The notes beneath the pieces were generated by a model, which was not told where the DNA came from, did no database searches, and saw only the letters and a program-made list of their open reading frames with translations. The translations under genes and the position numbers were made by a program. Below are positions 24,427-35,245 of a DNA stretch of 49,455 nucleotides, in pieces. The DNA comes from Hydrurus foetidus (lineage: Eukaryota): positions 1 through 49,455 of the forward strand of contig UYFQ01000827.1 in NCBI GenBank assembly GCA_900617105.1, in the 5' to 3' direction. The first letter of the stretch is position 1. Every line of letters begins with the position of its first letter.

Positions 24427-25854
24427 ATGTCTTCTGATGATGAGAGCGTTGACTTGACGAAACTTATCAAGGAATCTAATGAGTACTACGAGAGAAGAAA
24501 AAAATTGCGCAAAGTTGTCGAAGAAGAGGAGGAAGAAAGATTAAAGCAACCAGCTTTCTATAGGCATCGTAAATGGGAAGGTCGTCCACCTTATGATATG
24601 TCTTGTTGGGGCCGAATGTTGGTCAATCCCAGAACGAAAGATCCTACTGATCGCAAGGGCGGTGTGTTATTTCGCAGGCGATTTCGAGTACCTTTTCCGC
24701 TATTCGAAAGATTGACAGAGATGACAAGAGCTAATAAATGGTTTAGCGAGGGTAATGACTGTGCTGGTGTGAAGGCAGCACCTTTGGAGCTAAAAGTTCT
24801 TGGATTATTACGGGTCCTTGGTCGAGGTTACTGTTTTGATGGTATCGAGGAGCTGTCTTACATAAGTGCAGAGATTAATCGCGTCTTCTTTCATAAGTGG
24901 TGTGAATTATTTTCAAAGAAGTACTTTGCTACGTACTGTAATCCCCCCGAATCTGAAGAAGAAATTCAGAAGACTCTCGATGTGTACACAAGGTTAGGGT
25001 TGCCTGGTTGCATAGGGAGTACTGACTGTGTGCATATAAGATGGGAGCGTTGTTCTTCTGGAGATCGTGTTCTTCATAAGGGGAAAGAAGGTTTTCCCAC
25101 ACTCTCTTATGAAGTTACCGTTGATCACACTTCTAAGATCATTGCGGTTACTCATGGATATCCTGGGACAAGGAGTGATAGAACTATCGTAAGATTTGAT
25201 GGGTTTGTTACGGACATTCATGATGGAATAAAATACCATGACGTTACTTTCCCAATGTGCGATATTAAAGGTGAAGAGTATGAAGAAAAGGGGGCATGGT
25301 TATTGTGCGATAATGGTTACCATAAATGGAGATGCATGCAGTGTCCATTAAAACATTCAGAAATACCTAGAGAAACACTATGGAGTGAATGGGCAGAGAC
25401 TGTGAGGAAAGATGTTGAGTGTGCATTTGGTGTGTTGAAAGGTAGATTTCGCTGCTTAAAATTACCCATATATTATCACAATAAAGATCATATTGATAAC
25501 ATGTTTTATTCTTGCTGTATTATGCATAACATGTTATTACATTTTGACGGATTAGATGTTCGATGGGAACAAAATGTTAATTACCTAAGCAACGATGGGC
25601 ATCATTCTCATGAAGATATGCTAATTTTTAGACAACATCTTAGTAGAGTCCGTAATCTAACTCCTATAACTGACTTCACACTGATTGGAACTGCTGCTGT
25701 GCAGAATCGTTTCGAAGTAGTTCATGGTGATCATGATGTTGAATATGAATCTACTCATGTAAACTTACAAAAGAAATTGATTGATCATTTTGCGTGGAAA
25801 CATTCTATAAATGAAATACAGTGGCTTAAAAAGAAGTCCAAACGTAGAAAGTAA
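24427..25854 (+). CDS. Harbinger DDE transposase, intact ORF
   Basis: PGCIGSTDCVH (D), LLCDNGY (D), RKDVECAFGVLKGRF (E), CCIMHNMLL. Confidence 0.95.
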   Translation: MSSDDESVDLTKLIKESNEYYERRKKLRKVVEEEEEERLKQPAFYRHRKWEGRPPYDMSCWGRMLVNPRTKDPTDRKGGVLFRRRFRVPFPLFERLTEMTRANKWFSEGNDCAGVKAAPLELKVLGLLRVLGRGYCFDGIEELSYISAEINRVFFHKWCELFSKKYFATYCNPPESEEEIQKTLDVYTRLGLPGCIGSTDCVHIRWERCSSGDRVLHKGKEGFPTLSYEVTVDHTSKIIAVTHGYPGTRSDRTIVRFDGFVTDIHDGIKYHDVTFPMCDIKGEEYEEKGAWLLCDNGYHKWRCMQCPLKHSEIPRETLWSEWAETVRKDVECAFGVLKGRFRCLKLPIYYHNKDHIDNMFYSCCIMHNMLLHFDGLDVRWEQNVNYLSNDGHHSHEDMLIFRQHLSRVRNLTPITDFTLIGTAAVQNRFEVVHGDHDVEYESTHVNLQKKLIDHFAWKHSINEIQWLKKKSKRRK

Positions 25855-26063
25855 ATATTATATAATAGTAAAATCATTTCAATTAATTTTAATTTAAAAA
25901 CATATTTTATTTTTCTATCATTAATTTATATCATTGAGTTTTAATTTTTACCAGCGTTTTCCCTGTAAATATAAGATTTTTAAGCATAACAAATACATCA
26001 ACGGACTTTTGAAAATGAATGATATGTTGAAATAAAAATATTTGCAATATAGTATGAGATTAA

Positions 26064-27250
26064 TCAGGTGTGTTTGGTGCGCTTGGTCTTCTTTCTTTTA
26101 TCTTTATCCCAGGAATACTCGTTCTCTTCTTCAGTGTTGTCCTCGATAACTCTCTTTGATGCTTTGTTCAACTTGCTTCCATTAGTTGCTAGGGGTTGGG
26201 TTGCTTTTTGTAATGGGACGGTCAGTTGAGAGGACCTTGTCACACTCTTCGAAGATTGCTTTGTTTTGAGATCACCAGTAGGAACATCCTTCGAGGAGCA
26301 TGACTTACCATGAACGAATTGACGTGTGATAGGTACGTCATTGATTTTCTTGTTCAATATGGGAGACAGTATGGTTTCCTCGGTAGCTGTAAATTGAGTG
26401 TCGGGATATGAGAATTGGTGATTACTTCTTTTGAAGCCTCCCGAATTTCGGCTGGAGGTAGATGTATCTAGGCCTCGATTGTCTACGACGATATCTCCTT
26501 CGGCTTCTGAATCAGATGTGTTCAATAAGCTCTCGAGGTCTGATTTCAGAATTTCCTCTTCCGAGATGAGCTGTCCTCTTCTTCTCACGTTGTAGTTTTC
26601 GAGCCTCGGTTTTATTTGGTCGAATGGTGGAAGATGATGTCATGTCGGACGGAACAGATGATTTCCTACATTGATAGAAGATTCAGATGATTAGTAAGAG
26701 CTTGATTCATGCTGTATGTTAAAGCAACTTACTCTATGAAGAAGGCCTTCTCGGGCTTCTCAGATGCTCGACCAAAGGCAAGGAAGGTTTCCCATTCACA
26801 GGGTTGATAGGATGGTTTAAATGATTTCATTTTAAAGGAGGGAGGATGTTTTGATCGATTTTTGGCAGCCAGTTGTTCAGCCTTATACAAAGCTTCCTTT
26901 GTCTTCAGGAGGATGGTTTCTTTGTTCATTCCAGATGGAGGTAGGCCATCTGGTCCTAAGAGCTTCACGTAGTGGGGGTGATTTGATTGTTGACGAATTT
27001 TTTGATGGCGCTAAATTTTCTCCATAGTGACTGCCCATCATGAATTTCCTTCTCCGTCACAGTCTCATCCAGATGTCGAGATGTCCTGTAGTAAGTATTC
27101 TTCGCTAACCCTTGGGGCAGCTTGACTCTCTTCACATGGTAGTCAAATTGTTCAAGCATCTTCGCAAATATAGTTTTAGAGTCCATTTCACTCGACGGAA
27201 TCGATAAGCCAGCACGCGTGATGAGCACATACTGCTTAGACTTGATATCC
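26064..27250 (-). pseudogene. Harbinger ORF2 (accessory protein): frameshift at ~26970, damaged start, probable intron near 26730
   Basis: Pieces 26965..27228, 26729..26968 and 26064..26588; similar to ORF2 of the 5644-7369 element (GLPPSG, QPCEWETF..FG). Confidence 0.7.
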
Positions 27251-28470
27251 GCGAGTCTTCAAAATTGTGTCTTGAGAGCGTCACTCGACAATTCTTGTAA
27301 CAAAAAAAGGACCCTTTTTGTGCGGCGTTCGGAGGAATGTGTCGCTTACACTTTTTACTCCGACGGTTTTTGGCGTCATAAGGCCATGACGCCGGCGACA
27401 TTTACAAAAAAGGGATCCAAAAAATGTAAAATACGTGCGTCATAAGGTCTGGCCTTATCAATCGAGATATCTGTAGAATAACATACATCGCATGAATACT
27501 TCTTGTTCTTTAGCATGAACAACCACTGCGTAGAATTTACCTCGACTTTAATAATCGGAATAGGATTTCAAAATAAGTTATATGGTGATTTAATTGCGAA
27601 TTCAGTAGATTACTTGAGTGAAGAATTTTCTACTGCACGATTCTTAATATGCACAAATTTGACATGACTGATAAAAGTTCTTATTGCTTCAATATTCTCT
27701 GTATGACTATTTCTTTTGAGAGATTGTAAGGAAATCTGGTACTTTCCCCCTTTCCCCCCTCATCCAGGATACTACATTATTTACGATGTTGCATAAGCCT
27801 AAGAATTTCCATGACAAATGGCTATCTTAAAGGCACGACCAATGTACTTTGAAACTGTCGTCATCATAATCAATTATGTGATCTTCCCGACAAACGTCGA
27901 CTGAGATTTCTGGAAAAAGTCCCCAAGCCGAAAAATGAGGAAAACTGTATAGTTGATAATTTGTGGAATTGCCATTAGGTTGCAGCTCATAACAATATTA
28001 CTGTGGAGGACTTTCAGCGGTCGCTATTATCTATAGGTTTAGGCTTAGGATAGTTACTTTCTTCCTGGGGAAGGTTTAGGCTTAAAATCCTGAAAGGTTC
28101 ATTTTCGTCACATATCCAGGTCATCCAGTAATATCCTCAGAAATAATAGGCACTGCTGTTGTGAATGTTCATTACATCACAACTCATAAATCAACTCTCG
28201 TGCGTATGTAACTGTGCGTGATAGCCGTTGGCTAGGCCTCATTTGGCCGTTGGCCGTATGAAACGTTTGAAGTACCGTTTGAACCACAGAATTCAGTGAG
28301 GTCCCAGATCTACCAAAATCGAGAATGATTTGCTGCAAGGTGCGTGCAAGGTGCAACTGAAGAGATGTTGAGTTTACGTACGGGCATTGATGGGCAAGAT
28401 TTCACAGGTCGAGAGAGACTCAACAACTCTAAAGCAGTCACATATTCGCCCGACACGCCCAACTCCAACG

Positions 28471-29134
28471 ATGTTCAAAGTACTTGCAACCATGCTGCTC
28501 GCCAGCCAGTAAGTCACTGCAGTTACCTCAATTATCGCACTATCCTGTCCGCAATATCTCCCGAAACTTACCCTGTTTACCAACATTGAACCATAGGGCG
28601 ACTGCCTTCATGGCACCTCGTGTTGCTCCCTCAACCAGGGTTCAGATGTCAATGAAAATCGACCTCGTTGGATCAAGTGCTCCCCTAGGATTCTTCGATC
28701 CCCTCGGCTTCACGAAAGGAGCTGATGCGAAGACTATTAAAAAATATCGTGAATCTGAGCTCAAACACGGCCGTGTTGCTATGCTTGCAGTTCTAGGATG
28801 GCTTACACAGGAGAAATTCCACCCTCTTTACGGAGGAAAGATCAGTGGAAACCCACTCACAGCTTTCGGCGAAGTACCACCTCTTGCATTCGTTCAAATT
28901 ATCGCATTTTGCGGCCTCCTGGAATACGCCTTCTCTGAGGCAGCAAGAGGTGAGGGATACAAGGCTGGCGACTACTATGGCATATCAACAAGATTCCAGG
29001 ATGCTAGCAACCCCGCTTGGACCGGATTTCAGACGAGAGAGCTGAACAACGGCAGATTGGCGATGTTCGCCATTATTGGAGAGATTGCACATGCCGGCAT
29101 CACAGGCAAAGGCGCTCTTGTGATACCAATGTGA
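28471..29134 (+). CDS. Light-harvesting (fucoxanthin-chlorophyll-binding, LHC family) protein; exons 28471-28508 and 28597-29134; last few codons probably replaced
   Basis: MFKVLATMLLASQATA-FMAP bipartite presequence; GFFDPLGF, RESELKHGRVAMLA, FHPL, ELNNGRLAMFA. Subfamily not assigned. Confidence 0.95.
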
Positions 29135-30120
29135 CTGAGCGAGTATTGATCGCTCGGAAGAACTTCCTGACTGCCTTACACGGATTTATCAGCACCGATG
29201 TTAATAACAGAATCAACCTCCGCACGGCTCAGCGGTTAGCGTCTTGGGGCACAAGATACGGGAAGATATGCCGAGTGATGCGACCGTTTTGTACGGCGCT
29301 CAACCGTGCAACATGGGGACGTACCGACCCTCACGCCCTCTTTTCTATACCCACAGAGACGATTGTGGCAATACAGTGCTGGAGGGCCATGCTATGTCTG
29401 GTCCGGTATCGCGAAACCGAATTCACTAGAACTCTCGAGTCGTTCGCACCAGCAACACCAGTAGTCACAGTTGAGTTTGACTCATCCCTGAGCGGAGCTG
29501 GGCTGATCTGGTTTCTTAGAAATAACGGCACAGAGGTAGCAGTGGGTGTCAGTGCCGTTGACTTGTCCTTTCTCGCATTCGGAGAGGACTCGTCGTTCCA
29601 GAACCTGTCCGAGTTCATTGGAGCAATCCTAGCCGTGATCGGACAGATAATGTTAGGACTGTCAGGACGCAGCCTAGCCCTCAGAGGAGACAGCGTAACA
29701 GCCCTTACATGGGCAATTACAGAGAGACCAAGAGGGTCCATCGTGACGAACGCATCATTGGTATGGATCCTACTCTGCGTCGCCACAGAGATCGATGTAA
29801 GAGAGGTCATTCACATCGCTGGAAAGGACAACGAAAAGTGCGACAGACTATCTAGAAGAGGAGTAGAACCAAAAAAGTCTGTCGTGGATGAGGCAGTAGA
29901 CATGGGAATCACTGGTGCTGCAGTGGTGGAGATTAACGGACAGGAGGCAGTGATGGATATTCTGCGGATGTGTGACCCTAGAACCAAACTGACGTCTGAG
30001 TCAGACTTCATTGCTTTTTGGACAAAAACAAGAAGCGCCATCAGCAACTTTCTCATCCTTTATCCCGCACGTCATACGCCACAACAAACTAAAACCAGAG
30101 GGATAGAAAAAACTAATTAG
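29130..30120 (+). pseudogene. RT C-terminus + RNase H of the YR retrotransposon, 5'-truncated
   Basis: EFDSSLSGAG (D), QNLSEF (E), LRGDSVTAL.W (D), HIAGKDNEKCDRLSR. Confidence 0.85.
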
Positions 30121-30122
30121 AC

Positions 30123-31353
30123 GTGATCCCTTCTTCCCGCACTCCCTATATCTGTACTAAAACAGGTGGGAAGGGGCTTATCCCCCTGCAGAGCAAGAAG
30201 GACCTGTCGGCCTTTACATCGTCGTCAGTACTACCCAAGACGAACCAGGTGTACGATGCACATTTTAAAATGTGGACAGAGTTTGTGAAGAGCGAGGTGG
30301 ACGTAGACGATCCTTTCCTGAGGAATGTAGCGGAAGAAGAGAAAGCGGAAGAAGAAGGGGCTCCTGATGCTGAGAAGGCATGAAGCCGGACACCGGGGGA
30401 AAGCAGCAACGTCCTTTACGGCAGGAGTGCGCTTGAGATTCGCACAGGAAACTCTTGACACTGCTTTCCTCGAATCGGCGGTGATAGCAACAGCAAGAGC
30501 GTCAAGTCGGATGAAACCGGACGAATTATGGGCTAGGAAGGACAGTGGTCTGCAGAGCACGGTTAAGTTGCCGATATGCGAGAGCATTCTGACGGGCATG
30601 TGGGCGCTAATGTGGGAAGAACGCAAATGGGACGGTGCAGACATGCAGCTGAGAATGACGTACCTCGGTTGCATGTGGGGTTTTGAAATGGGGGCTAGAG
30701 TGTCGGAGTATACCCAGTTGGAGCCAGGAGCGGTTGACCACTGTGTCAGAACTGACGACCTGACCTTCACGATCGAGGCGGGAGATCAAACGACAAGGGT
30801 GACCTGAGGTGCACTTGCTGCATTAGGGCTGCACCATTCAGCAAAAGGAATGAAACAGATCACTGAGTGCCGCGTTCGATCAGTGACATCAAAAGGGAAG
30901 GTAACGGTCAAGGATAAACTCGTCGCAAAAAGATCACCTGAAGAAGCACTATTCCTCGAAGATATCGTGGGATTCCTGGTAAACAGCGAAGCAGGAGGAG
31001 AGGAGGAAATGCTGAGCTGCCGAAGACCGGATGGCAGCAGACTTGCACTGAGATCGAGGGCCGTACGCGATGAGCTGAAGCGTACGTACGAGAGAAATGG
31101 GCTCCCACCTACCTACTTCAGTTCCCATTCTTTGAGGAAGGGCGCCATCACACACATGCGCGAGCTAGGGGCAAGCGAGGACGATCGCAGAGACAGAGGA
31201 AACTATGCCCCAGGATCGCAAGTGATGAATAACACGTACGACTACGCCACTGGACTTGGGCCTCTGGCCTCAAATAGTCTTGTGGGAGGGTACAAGCCGA
31301 GTCTAAATGATGTGAAGCGCCTGCTACCAACTGCCAGACAGGTCAAAAAGTAG
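30123..31353 (+). pseudogene. Tyrosine recombinase, with a frameshift at ~30350 and a stop at 30805
   Basis: GFEMGARVSEY (R), SHSLRKG (HxxR), RGNY, TYDY (catalytic Y candidate). Confidence 0.88.
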
Positions 31354-31389
31354 CAACATGGTACGGTCAGGTCCCCTCGAGTTAAGGCG

Positions 31390-31633
31390 GGTGGAGTGGA
31401 ATCTGACCCACGGTCCTCCCCCTGACCGCAAAACCCGATTGCAAATGAAGGCAGCAGGGGCGGGGGATGGATCGTGAAGCCTACGGCGCGCAAGCGCGAC
31501 CAAATGTAAGATAACAATACCTCTTATTTCGGAATATGTTCCTCTATATAAACTCTACACAACGTGCAGAGAACTAGGAGAAATAAATGGGGTATTTTCC
31601 CTAAAGGGACAGGGCGCCGATAGTGCAAAAGAA
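31390..31633 (+). repeat. Split direct repeat, copy B1
   Basis: Near-identical to 31901-32132 apart from a few substitutions and a 12-bp indel (AGAAATAAATGG). Confidence 0.95.
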
Positions 31634-31900
31634 TTAGAGGATGCCGATGCGGCAGTATAGGTTCTCTGGAGCGGCAAGGAGCAAGGACCGCTGACCCGAG
31701 CGAAGAAGCAATTGCCTGCGAGACAAGCTTGTCAATTACTCTTTCACTCGACACATTACTCGCATAAATATTCGATTTCGCGAGCTTAAAAGAAATACCT
31801 TTGCTTTTTTATCACCCCGTAGCCAACCATTCCTTGTATCTTGTTTTTATATTTAGAATTATACATTTTGTAGTGTTGTCTAACCACTTGCGTGTCAGAT

Positions 31901-32132
31901 GGTGAAGTGGAATCTGACCCACGGTCCTCCCCCTGACCGCGAACCCCGATTGCAAATGAAGGCAGCAGGGGCGGGGGATGGATCGTGAAGCCTACGGCGC
32001 GCAAGCGCGACCAAACGTAAGATAACAATACCTCTTATTTCGGAATATGTTCCTCTACATAAACTCTACACAACGTGTAGAGAACTAGGGGTATTTTCCC
32101 TAAAGGGACAGGGCGCCGATAGTGCAATAGAA
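31901..32132 (+). repeat. Split direct repeat, copy B2 (element 3' end)
   Basis: Matches 31390-31633. Confidence 0.95.
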
Positions 32133-32229
32133 CCAACACTGTGAACTATAAACACTCATGACAGAGTACAGCATGATGTGTCAAAGGACACTTCAGAAAC
32201 GTCTTGTAATCGCAGTTTCACAGCCCGCG

Positions 32230-35200
32230 ATGAAGAGCTCGAAGAGATTCGTTCCATCGGCTACTCTTGCCGTGATCCCTATCATCTTTCTCGGTTCAAT
32301 ATGTTGCTTTTTTGCTCTCATGTTCGGGCCGCTGGTGGATTACCGAGATTCTCCTCTCAGGTTGAATCTTTCTTCCCGGAATAATAGAGATCTCGCCGCT
32401 GCTGCTTTCGCTCTCTCAATCCCAATTTTGATGGAGATAATCATCAAGACGGCGAGCGCATTTTCGGCGAATCGCAAATCAAGAAAAGTCGAGGAGCACA
32501 TGAGAGAAGCGCTCCTCAGCCCAGCGGAGCTGTTCCTTCTAATCTCAGCTATCCTCTCTTGTCATGTGACAGCATTCCTGCCATCTGAAACTCCAAACCT
32601 GATGAACATATTTTACTGCGCGAAGAGATGCAGAACATCCCTAATGGGTGGTGGCATTGTAATTTCATTTTGCCGCTATGACGCCAAGTTCTGGTCCGTT
32701 CGGACGAGCACTGTGATATTGTTCTTAAACATCTTCTCCAACATTGTGGCTTCGCTGCACGACAATATTTCTCATCTCCATGGAAATGATGCGATCAAAA
32801 TGATGAGCACCGTCGCGTTTTACGTGGCCATGTTCGTTTTCTACGCCAACACACTAAGATGGTTCATTTCCATTACTCCCACGTTGATTCAGATGATGAA
32901 AATTTGTCGTAGACCTGAAGTCAACACTATATCGGGAACAAGGGACGCCATCCACGCTGGTTATTATTTCTACCCTTACGTCTACGTTGTTGCGACATCG
33001 GTGACGTATCTAGTTATACTGATAGTAATCAAGATATATCCAGAATTCGGATTAAATGACTCGAATGGCATAGCTTTCCATAATTTAGCGATCACCATGT
33101 ATCTATTCCTCATTATATATATTTCGGATAGAGTAATGAAGTATGAGATCATCCAGGGACTGGTAAGTCAACTCGACACCTTCATGTAGATGATCATTGC
33201 TCATTTACATGATCATGACCACATCACGTTGATCTGATTCCCTAATCGGATTTCACCTCACGGCTATTCCTAGTACGCCCTGATCGAATCCAAGAAAACG
33301 TATGTGCGGTACATCTCTCACGAACTCAGAACTCCTCTCAACACAGCTTTCCTAGGTGATCAAGTCTTACGTTTATTGGAATCCTATCGATGAGACCAGA
33401 TGTCAACCTTTTCCTCAAATGACATAATATGCTCTATCTGTGACTACCACAGGCCTCAAGATTGTATGTGATGACTTGAAGACCAGTGCTCTCTACGAAA
33501 ACTCCGAGAATCTCGAAACTCTGCTGGACGTACAGTCAGCCTGCCACACTAGTGTGGAAATCCTCAACGATCTGTTGTGCTTCGACAAGCTGGAGAGCGG
33601 CATATTGGAACTGCACAAACACGATGTGACTCTGATTCCCTTCATCGACGACTGCGTGAATATGTTTGCTTCCCAGGCGAGGGACGCAGGAGTCACTATC
33701 ACATGTGTAACCAGCGCACCAGTCCGTCTAGGCGTCGATCTCTCTACACCTACAGTGTCAACGACATCATGCACTGCGACGGGCCTGCTCGATGATGACT
33801 TCGTGCACATGGACAAGTTCAAGATGGACCAGGTGCTGAGGAACCTTACATCCAACGCTCTCAAGTTCACCCCCAGGGGCGGGTCGGTGACTGTGTGTGC
33901 GACATTCGTTCCTAATGATGGATGTCAAGGCCCACCTGCATCTATGCATCCAGTATCAGTCAGTGATGATACTCACTCAGTTCTCAATTTACCACGATTG
34001 TGGTCATTTCTCACCGGTCCAGTAAGATGCTGTGCTTCCATATTTGCCTGTCGCTCTCGTCGCAACCGAGTACAATCATCGACGAAAGGTGACCTGAATA
34101 TCACCGACCCTGGTGAGAATCAACGATGTCACAGACCGAGCGTACTAGTGAACGAGATTCAATCTCTTTGTCAAGAGGATGCATCATCATACGGTTACGT
34201 TAGAGGTGCGAGTGCCACCGCGAGCCCCAAATTGAATACCGCAATGAAGGCGGACATCGAAACCGGACGCAGAGGATGGTCCAACGATGCGGCGATTGGC
34301 GCAGCGAATGGGCTAGATCGCGACGGCGGGAATGGCGCAGAAGACTTGAGGACAAACGGTAGACTGCGCATTGTTGTGACCGACACAGGTGCAGGTATCT
34401 CTCAAGAGAACCAGCTCCGACTGTTCAAGGAGATAGTGCAGTTCAACCCTGAGGTGCTGCAGGCAGGCGGAGGCAGCGGACTCGGTCTGTGGATCACCAG
34501 CAGCATCGTCAAGATGCACGGAGGGTCCATCAGTGTGCACTCAGAGGGTGTAGGGAGAGGTAGCTCATTCACAGTGGAGATCGACATGCATCGATCGGTG
34601 TCGGTGCCTCATCCCCCACTGGTCCGTCAGTCTCTCTACACACGGCACGGTTCTTATGATCTCGAGGGAAGTGTTGTGAGCGAAGAGAAAAGCCCGTGCA
34701 TGATTTCCACTAAAACATCGGAGCGTCACGCGATTAGCGCCTCTCATCGTTCTACCTCGACGTCGCCTGTCGCTCCACCGCATCTCTCCACTAAATATGC
34801 GCGGCATCTGATGATCGAGGATATGGATCGCTTTTCTTATGCTTCGCCCACCATCAACTCCTCACTAAGCATACTTGTAGTAGACGACTCGAGTCTGAAC
34901 AGGAAACTGCTTTGTAAGTTGCTGTGCGCCGCAGGATACACGTGCGAAGAGGCCAGTGACGGACTAATAGCGGTAGAAATGGTGAGAAGGAGAATGTCTG
35001 ACTGGGCAGGATCGAGAGAGGAATACCGTGCTATATTGATGGACTTCGTGATGCCCAACATGGACGGTCCTACAGCCACTAAGGAAATCCGCGGCTTGGG
35101 CTACCGCGGACCAATATTCGGCGTGACTGGAAATGCCATGAACAGTGACGTGAACTATTTCGTTGGAAGTGGAGCCGATGGAGTATTGGCGAAACCATTT

Positions 35201-35245
35201 GACTTTTCTATGTTCAAGGAGCTGTTGAGTTTGGAGACTGCCTGA
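32230..35245 (+). CDS. Membrane hybrid histidine kinase, copy 1 (7-8 TM sensor, HisKA, HATPase, receiver); exons 32230-33162, 33274-33355, 33453-35245
   Basis: H-box YISHELRTPLN in exon 2, N-box NLTSNALKFT, DTGAG, GGGSGLGL, receiver VVDD, LMDFVMP, KP. Start chosen by alignment with copy 2; an in-frame ATG also lies at 32158. Confidence 0.95.

Larger units (their letters stand above)
24164..27454. mobile_element. Full-length PIF/Harbinger element
   Basis: TIRs GGCTACTCCTTATGACGC / GCGTCATAAGGTCTGGCC; TSD TTA at 24161-24163 and 27455-27457; two convergent ORFs. Confidence 0.96.
29130..32132 (+). mobile_element. 3' half of an Ngaro-type (DIRS order) tyrosine-recombinase retrotransposon
   Basis: RT tail plus RNase H, then YR, then two copies of a direct repeat separated by a unique spacer (B1-A2-B2 layout). 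Confidence 0.88.

Noticed and set aside
29114..29135. tRNA-iMet PBS (minus-strand TGGTATCA after CA) at the LHC/Ngaro junction
   Set aside because: Only an 8-nt match, and the adjoining sequence is RT coding rather than an LTR.
32230..33162. Histidine-kinase rhodopsin
   Set aside because: No retinal-binding DxxxK in the last helix and no RYxxW motif in either copy.
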